A DNA stretch of 6,095 nt. It comes from a virus (taxonomy: Duplodnaviria > Heunggongvirae > Uroviricota > Caudoviricetes). Shown piece by piece: positions 1 to 4,855 of this stretch (its first letter is position 1; each line of letters starts with the position of its first letter). The DNA lies in IMG/VR virus record IMGVR_UViG_2744054675_000004, positions 1-6,095 of that record. One strand, written 5' to 3'. Under the pieces are notes generated by a model, which was given only the letters and a program-made list of their open reading frames with translations, made no database searches and was not told where the DNA came from. The position numbers and the translations under genes are program-made.

Positions 1-205
1 TTTCATGTCGTGCATTGTTTGCAATGATTTTTGCTTCATAAGCAGAAATTACGTCATCTTCATGAATATCTTTCAGAAAGCTGGTGTCAAGACGTTGTAC
101 TATTTCAGCGTTCATTGATCGCTTATTGGCTTTTGCAGAAATTTCTATTTTTTCTTTTACTTCGACGGGAAGTCTGATCCTTAGTTGTGGATCTTCTCTG
201 CTCAT
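1..205 (-). CDS. mnt: Mnt-like ribbon-helix-helix repressor, 3' end runs off the window (partial)
   Basis: Minus-strand ATG at 205..203 opens a frame with no stop before position 1; it is absent from the ORF track because it is incomplete. Translation starts MSREDPQLRIRLPVEVKEKIEISAKANKRSMNAEIVQRLDTSFLKD, which matches my recollection of the P22 Mnt N-terminus (MARDDPHFNFRMPMEVREKLKFRAEANGRSMNSELLQIV). It is divergent from the arc/ant genes, as in P22 immI. Confidence 0.7.
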   Translation of the reverse strand, partial: MSREDPQLRIRLPVEVKEKIEISAKANKRSMNAEIVQRLDTSFLKDIHEDDVISAYEAKIIANNARHE

Positions 206-251
206 GTTCTTCACCAAATATTGAGTTACTTGCAATGATTGAAGTATGCCT

Positions 252-311
252 CACCGTGTGCTTGACATCAATGACGCACGGTGTGACAATTATTTTGCCC
301 CACGGTGGGGC
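252..311. promoter_or_regulatory. Divergent mnt / arc-ant control region: candidate sigma70 promoter and RHH operator palindromes
   Basis: TTGACA at 262-267, a 17-nt spacer, then GACAAT at 285-290 (plus strand, reading toward arc). Palindromic heptamers CACCGTG at 252-258 and CACGGTG at 277-283 and 301-307, the last inside the 15-bp near-perfect palindrome GCCCCACGGTGGGGC at 297-311. The CCACGGTGG core matches my recollection of the P22 mnt operator. Confidence 0.45.
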
Positions 312-325
312 TAAGGAGATATGAA

Positions 326-493
326 ATGCAAAAAGCAAAAGAGATGTGTCAACGACGAGTTCGTTTTCCGGACGATGTGAAGTTAGCTATTGAAAGAAAT
401 GGCGAAAAAGAATGCCGAAAGTTCAATACAGAGATTATCTATCAGCTGAGGAAAGTGTATGGACTCACTGGTGAGAAGAATAGCGTGGCATAA
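326..493 (+). CDS. arc: Arc-like small ribbon-helix-helix repressor (55 aa)
   Basis: ATG at 326 preceded by AAGGAG at 313-318. The ORF track starts this frame at an upstream GTG (305), but the ATG with the Shine-Dalgarno is the likelier start. Product MQKAKEMCQRRVRFPDDVKLAIERNGEKECRKFNTEIIYQLRKVYG... has the size and the basic beta-strand-then-helix pattern of P22 Arc, and sits first in the ant operon as in P22. Confidence 0.65.
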   Translation: MQKAKEMCQRRVRFPDDVKLAIERNGEKECRKFNTEIIYQLRKVYGLTGEKNSVA

Positions 494-503
494 AACAGCG
501 AAG

Positions 504-514
504 CCCCACGGTGG
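504..514. promoter_or_regulatory. Second CCCCACGGTGG copy in the arc-ant intergenic region (candidate operator or RNA structure)
   Basis: CCCCACGGTGG at 504-514 repeats the core of the 297-311 palindrome. It lies between the arc stop (493) and the ant ribosome-binding site (AGGA at 553-556). Confidence 0.3.
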
Positions 515-565
515 CCAGACCGTCAGGGCTTCAGTATCGTAAAACTACGTATAGGAATTAACGAC

Positions 566-1504
566 ATGACGAGTATAGCAACAGCAGTATCTACTATCAA
601 CGTGCCATTCCACGGCGCAGAGCTTTATGTTGTCAATCACAACGGCGAACCGTATACCCCAATGAAACCTATCGTTGAGGGAATGGGGCTAGACTGGAAA
701 TCTCAACATAAGAAGATTTCTCAACGCTTCTCGAAGGGTATGGTGGAAATCACCATACCTTCTGCCGGTGGGGTGCAAGCCATGATTTGTATGGCTTTAC
801 GAAAATTGGCAGCTTGGTTGAACAGCATCAGCCCTAACAAAGTCCGCCCTGAAATCCGCGACAAGGTAATCCAGTATCAGGAAGAGTGTGACGATGTGCT
901 CTACGAGTACTGGACTAAAGGCCATGTGGTTAACCCACGCAAAGCTAAAAAGGCGTTGCCGGGTAAAATAACAACTGAACAGCAGGAAGCCATTAAACAA
1001 CTCGTCATGAGTCGCGGTCAGTCTCTGCCAAAAGAAAAACAGGCTAAGGCGATGATCACCATGTGGTCGTCACTGAAATCTCATTTTGGCTGTTCGTACA
1101 AAGAAATTGGTGAAGATCAATTTGCCGAAGCGTTGTCTCTTGTTGCTCGGGTTCCGCTTGAAGGGGAGTATCTCCCTGCTGGATCTGCATCAGAGAATGA
1201 TGAAGTGGCAGTCAAGATGTTAGATGCGCTTCGTGAGGCAATTAAAACACAGACAAAATGTTATGGTTATCCATTGAAGCCAGGCTACCGCAGTCTGATT
1301 CATTCGCCGTCGGGTGTTCTCGGCCTGACGGAGAACTCACTGCTGATGAATCTGCTGAACCAGTTACAGGAAGACGGGCACGATGTATCGGGCGCGGCGG
1401 CGGAGCTGACCACCATGTTCTGCTACATCGTTGGTGTGAGCAAATGCCTGCGTGATATCCAGACGCACGCGGAATACATCAACGACAAGGCAGGGTTCTT
1501 CTGA
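566..1504 (+). CDS. ant: Phage antirepressor (Ant-type N-terminal domain plus conserved C-terminal module), 312 aa
   Basis: Complete ORF in the track. It sits immediately downstream of the arc-like gene in the same orientation (immI synteny). The N-terminal region (VPFHGAELYVVNHNGEPYTPMKPIVEGMGLDWKSQHKKI...) resembles AntA/P22-Ant type antirepressor N-domains from memory. The C-terminal ~75 aa are near-identical to the C-terminus of the 2560..3255 protein. Confidence 0.8.
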   Translation: MTSIATAVSTINVPFHGAELYVVNHNGEPYTPMKPIVEGMGLDWKSQHKKISQRFSKGMVEITIPSAGGVQAMICMALRKLAAWLNSISPNKVRPEIRDKVIQYQEECDDVLYEYWTKGHVVNPRKAKKALPGKITTEQQEAIKQLVMSRGQSLPKEKQAKAMITMWSSLKSHFGCSYKEIGEDQFAEALSLVARVPLEGEYLPAGSASENDEVAVKMLDALREAIKTQTKCYGYPLKPGYRSLIHSPSGVLGLTENSLLMNLLNQLQEDGHDVSGAAAELTTMFCYIVGVSKCLRDIQTHAEYINDKAGFF

Positions 1505-1530
1505 CAGAACGGCGGCACAGGGACGTGCAA
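1277..1530. repeat. Left arm of an inverted repeat (3' end of ant plus ~25 bp downstream)
   Basis: Manual alignment with the reverse complement of 2536-2787 gives about 11 mismatches over ~230 coding nt (~95%). Similarity continues past the stop codon through GGCACAGGGA(C/T)GTGC. Confidence 0.85.
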
Positions 1531-1554
1531 AACGAAACTAGCGTGACATGTCAC

Positions 1555-1580
1555 AGGCCGCTTTCGCGGCCTTGTTTTTA
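1555..1580 (+). terminator. Rho-independent terminator candidate after ant
   Basis: Stem AGGCCGC (1555-1561), loop TTTC, stem GCGGCCT (1566-1572), followed by TGTTTTTA. Confidence 0.55.
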
Positions 1581-1739
1581 ACGAATGCCACCGCCGCCAG
1601 GGCGGGAATCCGCAGAACGCCCACCGCAGCGGGAGCCGTCAGCAGCAGTGTCGCTGTCGTGCTGACAACGACCGGCAAAGGCCTGAGTTGAAGCTACCAG
1701 AGACAATAAAACGAACAGTGCAGCAAATGCTTTTTTCAT
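1578..1739 (-). CDS. Hypothetical small secreted peptide (53-aa precursor with predicted signal peptide)
   Basis: Internal ATG of the track ORF 1578..1811. Product MKKAFAALFVLLSLVASTQAFA|GRCQHDSDTAADGSRCGGRSADSRPGGGGIR has a textbook N-terminal signal peptide with an AxA cleavage motif and a 31-aa, two-cysteine, Gly/Arg-rich mature part. The ribosome-binding site is weak (GGAAA), and the frame is GC-rich and could be fortuitous. Confidence 0.3.
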   Translation of the reverse strand: MKKAFAALFVLLSLVASTQAFAGRCQHDSDTAADGSRCGGRSADSRPGGGGIR

Positions 1740-1816
1740 TGTGAAATTTCCATCTATAAGCCACCTCAATGTGGCGTCAATGAGTGTAGCACTGACTTTT
1801 GTTTCGTCCACAAAAA

Positions 1817-1833
1817 AGCCCGCAGCGCGGGCT
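1817..1833 (-). terminator. Rho-independent terminator ending the minus-strand cargo operon
   Basis: On the minus strand: AGCCCGC, loop GCT, GCGGGCT, then TTTTTTG. The hairpin overlaps the TAG stop at 1834..1832. It is A-tract-flanked on the other side, so it may act bidirectionally. Confidence 0.65.
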
Positions 1834-2272
1834 ATTCTTCTTCATCATTAAAAAGCGGATTGTTGTTTCCATCTGATGAAAGGAAAGGTATGTGTTCTCT
1901 TGAAAATCCAACAATGACAATTTCATTATCATTTTTTGCATAATGAATGCATTCATTAGAATGCCTTCCGCCAGGGTTGAAATTTAAGTTAATGGTATAA
2001 TTCTTAAATGTGTTTGGATACCATGTTGGCCCACAATGATAATGCCAATAATTCTCTTGCTCATAATTGTCTGAGCCGGGAATTTTATCATGGTTATCAT
2101 CAACCCACGAGGGCTTGTTTTTTCCAACAAGCGCCCTTCCATTGGCAACATCCTCTAAAAAACTTTGTATGATTTTTATTTCATCATCAGTAAGGAAAGG
2201 TCCGTCTACAGCGAAAGGGGTGTTGCTTTCCCCATGTAGAAAACTATTAGATATTCTAATGTTAAACTTCAA
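1832..2272 (-). CDS. Hypothetical acidic protein, 146 aa, no recognised family
   Basis: This is the 3' 146 codons of the track ORF 1832..2413. I propose a TTG start at 2272..2270 preceded by AGGAG at 2283..2279, because the first 47 codons of the long form overlap the upstream 55-aa gene in another frame and look non-protein-like (W/R-rich). Product MKFNIRISNSFLHGESNTPFAVDGPFLTDDEIKIIQSFLEDVANGRALVGKNKPSWVDDNHDKIPGSDNYEQENYWHYHCGPTWYPNTFKNY...SREHIPFLSSDGNNNPLFNDEEE. The region is AT-rich and net acidic with an acidic tail. Confidence 0.5.
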   Translation of the reverse strand: MKFNIRISNSFLHGESNTPFAVDGPFLTDDEIKIIQSFLEDVANGRALVGKNKPSWVDDNHDKIPGSDNYEQENYWHYHCGPTWYPNTFKNYTINLNFNPGGRHSNECIHYAKNDNEIVIVGFSREHIPFLSSDGNNNPLFNDEEE

Positions 2273-2292
2273 GGAAAACTCCTGATGTGCTT

Positions 2293-2460
2293 CTATTTGG
2301 AGCGAAATGCCGCCTTGAAGTCGCTGAAAGATGTTCCTGTCTGGTAAACCATATCCTTGTCGCGCTCTTTGCTTGCGCGGCCAAGCATAACTTTTCCAAT
2401 GACATCCCAGCATTGCTTGGCTTGTTTATTGTGCTGAGTACGATTTTTCAACGCTGTCAT
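2293..2460 (-). CDS. Hypothetical small basic protein, 55 aa, first gene of the cargo operon
   Basis: Not in the ORF track (below its size cut-off). ATG at 2460..2458 with a strong Shine-Dalgarno (minus-strand AAAGGAGG, 6-nt spacer), stop TAG at 2295..2293. Product MTALKNRTQHNKQAKQCWDVIGKVMLGRASKERDKDMVYQTGTSFSDFKAAFRSK is net basic. Confidence 0.5.
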   Translation of the reverse strand: MTALKNRTQHNKQAKQCWDVIGKVMLGRASKERDKDMVYQTGTSFSDFKAAFRSK

Positions 2461-2472
2461 ATCGCGCCTCCT

Positions 2473-2515
2473 TTACCTTTAAGGTAATAGTACGCTATTC
2501 ACCCACAGTCTGCAA
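2473..2515 (-). promoter_or_regulatory. Candidate sigma70 promoter with overlapping TTACC-N5-GGTAA operator (site 1) for the cargo operon
   Basis: Minus strand reads TTGCAG (plus 2515..2510), 17 nt, TACTAT (2492..2487). Palindrome TTACC-TTTAA-GGTAA at 2473-2487 abuts the -10 and the Shine-Dalgarno. Confidence 0.4.
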
Positions 2516-2535
2516 TCTGTACAGAATTATTTAAA

Positions 2536-2787
2536 GGCACATCCCTGTGCCACCGCCCGTCAGAAGAACCCTGCTTTGTCGTTGATGTACTCCGCGTGCG
2601 TCTGGATATCACGCAGGCATTTGCTCACACCGACGATGTAGCAGAACATGGTGGTCAGCTCCGCCGCCGCGCCCGATACATCGTGCCCGTCGTCCTGTAA
2701 CTGGTTCAGCAGATTCATCAGCAGTGAGTTTTCCGTCAGGCCGAGAACACCAGACGGCGAGTGAATCAGGCTACGGTAGCCGGGCTT
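2536..2787. repeat. Right arm of the inverted repeat (3' end of the Bro-N antirepressor gene plus ~25 bp downstream)
   Basis: Reverse complement aligns to 1277-1530; see left arm. Confidence 0.85.
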
Positions 2788-3255
2788 CAGCGGGGCGCTG
2801 TAGGTTTTGTTCTCTATCTTCATCGCCTGCATTACTGCTGACGCCGTGGCGTTGGCTACCTGGTCGGCAACCATCTTTATGCGTTCTTCCTGCGGGAGCG
2901 AGTTTTTAATGTAACTTCCGGTGCGGCGGATCTGAGGAAGAACCTCACCTGTAACCCATTTACGAAAGCGGTAGGGGATAGTGCCTGGTGTCACCGCATC
3001 GCGGCAGCGGAGGATCAGTGTGTAGAGGCCTGACTCGGAGATGATGATCGATTCTTGCTCACCGCCAGGGGTGTCGGTTGAAGCGACGCCCTTCTCATCA
3101 TCATCAAGTTTTCGAACAGCATCTCGATGGTTTGCTATGCCTATAGCCCGACAAACATCTGAAGCGATAAACCATGGCTCACCATTAATGACGATTACCC
3201 GTATATCGGCTTGGGATTCGAAAGAAAAAATGGACGTGCTTTTTGTAGCTGTCAT
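2560..3255 (-). CDS. Bro-N-domain antirepressor-like protein sharing the Ant C-terminal module, 231 aa
   Basis: Complete ORF in the track. The N-terminus (FESQADIRVIVINGEPWFIASDVCRAIGIANHRDAVRKLDDDEKGV ... FRKWVTGEVLPQIRRTGSY) fits the Bro-N domain signature from memory. The C-terminal 75 aa (KPGYRSLIHSPSGVLGLTENSLLMNLLNQLQDDGHDVSGAAAELTTMFCYIVGVSKCLRDIQTHAEYINDKAGFF) differ from the 566..1504 protein at a single residue (E/D). Confidence 0.8.
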   Translation of the reverse strand: MTATKSTSIFSFESQADIRVIVINGEPWFIASDVCRAIGIANHRDAVRKLDDDEKGVASTDTPGGEQESIIISESGLYTLILRCRDAVTPGTIPYRFRKWVTGEVLPQIRRTGSYIKNSLPQEERIKMVADQVANATASAVMQAMKIENKTYSAPLKPGYRSLIHSPSGVLGLTENSLLMNLLNQLQDDGHDVSGAAAELTTMFCYIVGVSKCLRDIQTHAEYINDKAGFF

Positions 3256-3451
3256 AGTGGTTACCTTTTAGTCTGGTTAATCACCACTACCGACGCCAAT
3301 CGGTTGGTGGTGAACTGTGCAGGGTTGGCGTAACCGGCTAAAAGGACCCGGCGCACCTTTCGGTGCCCCCACACAGCCCACCATAATACGAATGTGGCCG
3401 TGCTATACGCATAAAAAAACCGCTTGCGCGGTGAATGCGCCTTTTAGTAAT

Positions 3452-3489
3452 CCGGGACGCCAATCCCGGCACTGGATTTTTCCAGTGCC
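3452..3489. other. Tandem perfect hairpins in the divergent intergenic region
   Basis: CCGGGA-CGCCAA-TCCCGG (3452-3469), immediately followed by GGCACTGGA-TTTT-TCCAGTGCC (3468-3489; 9-bp perfect stem). No T-tract follows on either strand. Confidence 0.35.
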
Positions 3490-3524
3490 CGATTACTATG
3501 ACACAAGAGGAGTGCGATGTAAAT

Positions 3525-3539
3525 TTACCGCAAAGGTAA
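3525..3539. promoter_or_regulatory. TTACC-N5-GGTAA palindrome, site 2
   Basis: TTACC-GCAAA-GGTAA, centred about 93 bp upstream of site 3. Confidence 0.4.
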
Positions 3540-3616
3540 TGATAAGCGCGGAGGTATATAAAAATCAACCGTATTTGGTTGGTGGCGTTTAGCGCTTGAT
3601 CACCTGAAAGCAAGAT

Positions 3617-3633
3617 ATTACCTTTAAGGTAAT
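3617..3633. promoter_or_regulatory. TTACC-N5-GGTAA palindrome, site 3, just upstream of the 242-aa gene
   Basis: ATTACC-TTTAA-GGTAAT ends 20 bp before the ATG at 3653. The half-sites and spacer are identical to site 1. Confidence 0.45.
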
Positions 3634-3652
3634 GTTATTGTGAGGAAAAGCA

Positions 3653-4381
3653 ATGGAAGTTTTCTGGATAGTTGTTGGTGTGGTTGCGGTGATTATTTAC
3701 GTTATCAACCAGAACAAGACTAAGATCTCTGATCGTACGGTCGTTAATCATAACAAAACGATAAAGACCGAAGATGGGGAGATAACGATTAATCGTACAC
3801 AGGTGATAGAACACACCTCTACTCAGTTTCAAAAAACTGGAGGTAATGCGCCTAATATTTCCGCACCTCCTGCTTATGATAGTGCGGTAATCCAGACATA
3901 TTATAAACAGCAGGAGTTAGCAAAAGAGAGGCAACTGATTCAGCCAAAGCCGTTTACAGCTGAGCTTCCACCTGGAGTGTCAACGCCTCCGGCATATCAT
4001 GGAAGATTCCCTGGTGATGACATATCGTCTCAGTCATCTAAAAAAGCACCTCAGGCAGTATCAGAGCCAGCAAGAATACCTTCTGTATCGCCGCCAAAAG
4101 AAGAATCAGCTAACAGAGTTTCAAGTGGTAGCAAGCAGTGCTTGCGATGCAGAATAAACCTTCCGTATGAGAAGTTCAGGAAATCGTCAAAAAATCCAGA
4201 TGGATTGACTAAGTGGTGTGCAAGGTGTCTCGATGGCCCAAAGAATACACGTCATATGAAGTGGTGCCCAATTTGTAATGTCCGCAGAAAACGAACCAGC
4301 TTTTACCCTAATAATCAAAATGCGGATGGCTTAATGGCATGGTGTAAAACGTGCTGGGACGAGCACAAAGCGAAACGATAG
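3653..4381 (+). CDS. Hypothetical membrane-anchored protein with a Pro-rich linker and C-terminal tandem CxxC zinc-ribbon repeats, 242 aa
   Basis: Complete ORF in the track, with AGGA 7 nt upstream of the ATG. N-terminal hydrophobic helix EVFWIVVGVVAVIIYVI followed by NQNKTK. Low-complexity middle with two PPAY motifs. C-terminus has C-x2-C ... NPDGLTKWC-x2-C and C-x2-C ... NADGLMAWC-x2-C (8 Cys in 4 CxxC pairs). It is followed directly by a terminator. Confidence 0.65.
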   Translation: MEVFWIVVGVVAVIIYVINQNKTKISDRTVVNHNKTIKTEDGEITINRTQVIEHTSTQFQKTGGNAPNISAPPAYDSAVIQTYYKQQELAKERQLIQPKPFTAELPPGVSTPPAYHGRFPGDDISSQSSKKAPQAVSEPARIPSVSPPKEESANRVSSGSKQCLRCRINLPYEKFRKSSKNPDGLTKWCARCLDGPKNTRHMKWCPICNVRRKRTSFYPNNQNADGLMAWCKTCWDEHKAKR

Positions 4382-4404
4382 GCCGCTCTAGCGGCCTTTT
4401 CTTT
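4381..4404. terminator. Bidirectional rho-independent terminator between convergent genes
   Basis: GGCCGC-TCTA-GCGGCC followed by TTTTCTTT on the plus strand. The same hairpin lies directly after the stop of the minus-strand gene 4403..4660. Confidence 0.65.
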
Positions 4405-4660
4405 ATGTGGTTTGTTTTCGTAATTGTTCGGCACAATAGTCGAGATGTGTTTGCAGATCCTGCATAGACATCTGTGAGCTGGTGACGTAGTTAATCAGTG
4501 CAGTCAGTTCGGCAAGTGGGCCATCGACATTAAATCCATCCTTATCGAGATCCCGGAGTAATTTCATCAAGTGCGATCCCTCCACCAGTGACCTGACGCC
4601 TCCCGGCGTGTGAATCCTTTCGGTAAATCCGTCTTCCAGTGGATAGTGATACTGCTGCAT
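4403..4660 (-). CDS. Stand-alone homolog of the antirepressor C-terminal module, 85 aa; candidate SOS-inducible antirepressor
   Basis: Track ORF 4403..4678 starts at a TTG; the ATG at 4660..4658 with GGAG 8 nt upstream is the likelier start. The product (…HTPGGVRSLVEGSHLMKLLRDLDKDGFNVDGPLAELTALINYVTSSQMSMQDLQTHLDY…) aligns with the C-terminal module of both antirepressors (HSPSGVLGLTENSLLMNLLNQLQEDGHDVSGAAAELTTMFCYIVGVSKCLRDIQTHAEY) at roughly 40-45% identity by eye. A LexA box lies 20 bp upstream. Confidence 0.65.
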   Translation of the reverse strand: MQQYHYPLEDGFTERIHTPGGVRSLVEGSHLMKLLRDLDKDGFNVDGPLAELTALINYVTSSQMSMQDLQTHLDYCAEQLRKQTT

Positions 4661-4679
4661 CTTATCTTCTCCATGCAAT

Positions 4680-4699
4680 AACTGTATATTTATACAGTA
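4680..4699. promoter_or_regulatory. LexA (SOS) box
   Basis: AACTGTATATTTATACAGTA matches the E. coli consensus TACTGTATATATATACAGTA at 18 of 20 positions, with CTGT-N8-ACAG intact. It lies 7 bp upstream of the Shine-Dalgarno of the minus-strand gene 4403..4660. Confidence 0.7.
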
Positions 4700-4735
4700 T
4701 CAAATAATTTGTTTGCTATCCAGCACGTTTTGCAA

Positions 4736-4752
4736 ATTACCCGAAAGGTAAT
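4736..4752. promoter_or_regulatory. TTACC-N5-GGTAA palindrome, site 4
   Basis: ATTACC-CGAAA-GGTAAT in the divergent region between the LexA-boxed small gene and the tailspike gene. Confidence 0.4.
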
Positions 4753-4855
4753 ATCTATTGGTATTTATAGTCTTTCTATCCATATGTGGTTTTTCAGGTA
4801 ATAGAATAACCAGATATGCGGCGCAACGGGTGCTGCGACTATCTGGAGATTTAAC

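Noticed and set aside
123-338. 71-aa minus-strand track ORF
   Set aside because: It overlaps the Mnt-like gene in another frame and runs across the divergent promoter; composition is not protein-like (run of basic residues at the end) and there is no ribosome-binding site.
797-1455. Track ORFs 797..1000 (-) and 1258..1455 (+) inside the ant gene
   Set aside because: They lie wholly inside a well-supported CDS in alternative or antisense frames; the products are Arg/Gly-rich or hydrophobic nonsense typical of off-frame translation.
1832-2413. Long 193-aa form of the cargo ORF
   Set aside because: Its first 47 codons overlap the 55-aa gene, which has a far better Shine-Dalgarno, and they translate to a W/R-rich stretch. 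An in-frame TTG with AGGAG at 2272 gives a cleaner 146-aa product. A long form or a frameshift-coupled product cannot be fully excluded.
2067-2487. Track ORFs 2067..2285 (+) and 2287..2487 (+)
   Set aside because: They are antisense to the cargo operon and its promoter and have no ribosome-binding sites; the minus-strand genes have much better signals.
2724-3271. Track ORFs 2724..2909 (+) and 3041..3271 (+)
   Set aside because: They are antisense to the Bro-N antirepressor gene, which is supported by domain signatures.
3330-3500. Possible tRNA or tmRNA in the structured intergenic region
   Set aside because: No T-loop (GTTCRANYC-type) or cloverleaf arrangement could be found by eye; the hairpins do not fit tRNA geometry. 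A tRNAscan-SE run would settle it.
3317-3613. Two overlapping 91-aa track ORFs in the structured intergenic region
   Set aside because: No ribosome-binding sites, implausible composition, and the region is dominated by hairpins and palindromes; more likely regulatory or RNA-coding than protein-coding.
3635-3832. 65-aa minus-strand track ORF
   Set aside because: It is antisense to the start of the 242-aa gene and overlaps its promoter and operator; no supporting signals.
3870-4000. PPAY motifs as eukaryote-like WW-domain ligands (host-mimicry effector idea)
   Set aside because: Two PPxY occurrences in a Pro/Ala-rich linker are easily explained by low-complexity composition; there is no other evidence of a eukaryotic target.
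2473-4752. TTACC-N5-GGTAA sites interpreted as RNA hairpins or terminators
   Set aside because: A 5-bp stem is too short, the sites are not followed by T-tracts, and the conserved arms with unconserved spacers point to a dimeric protein site instead.
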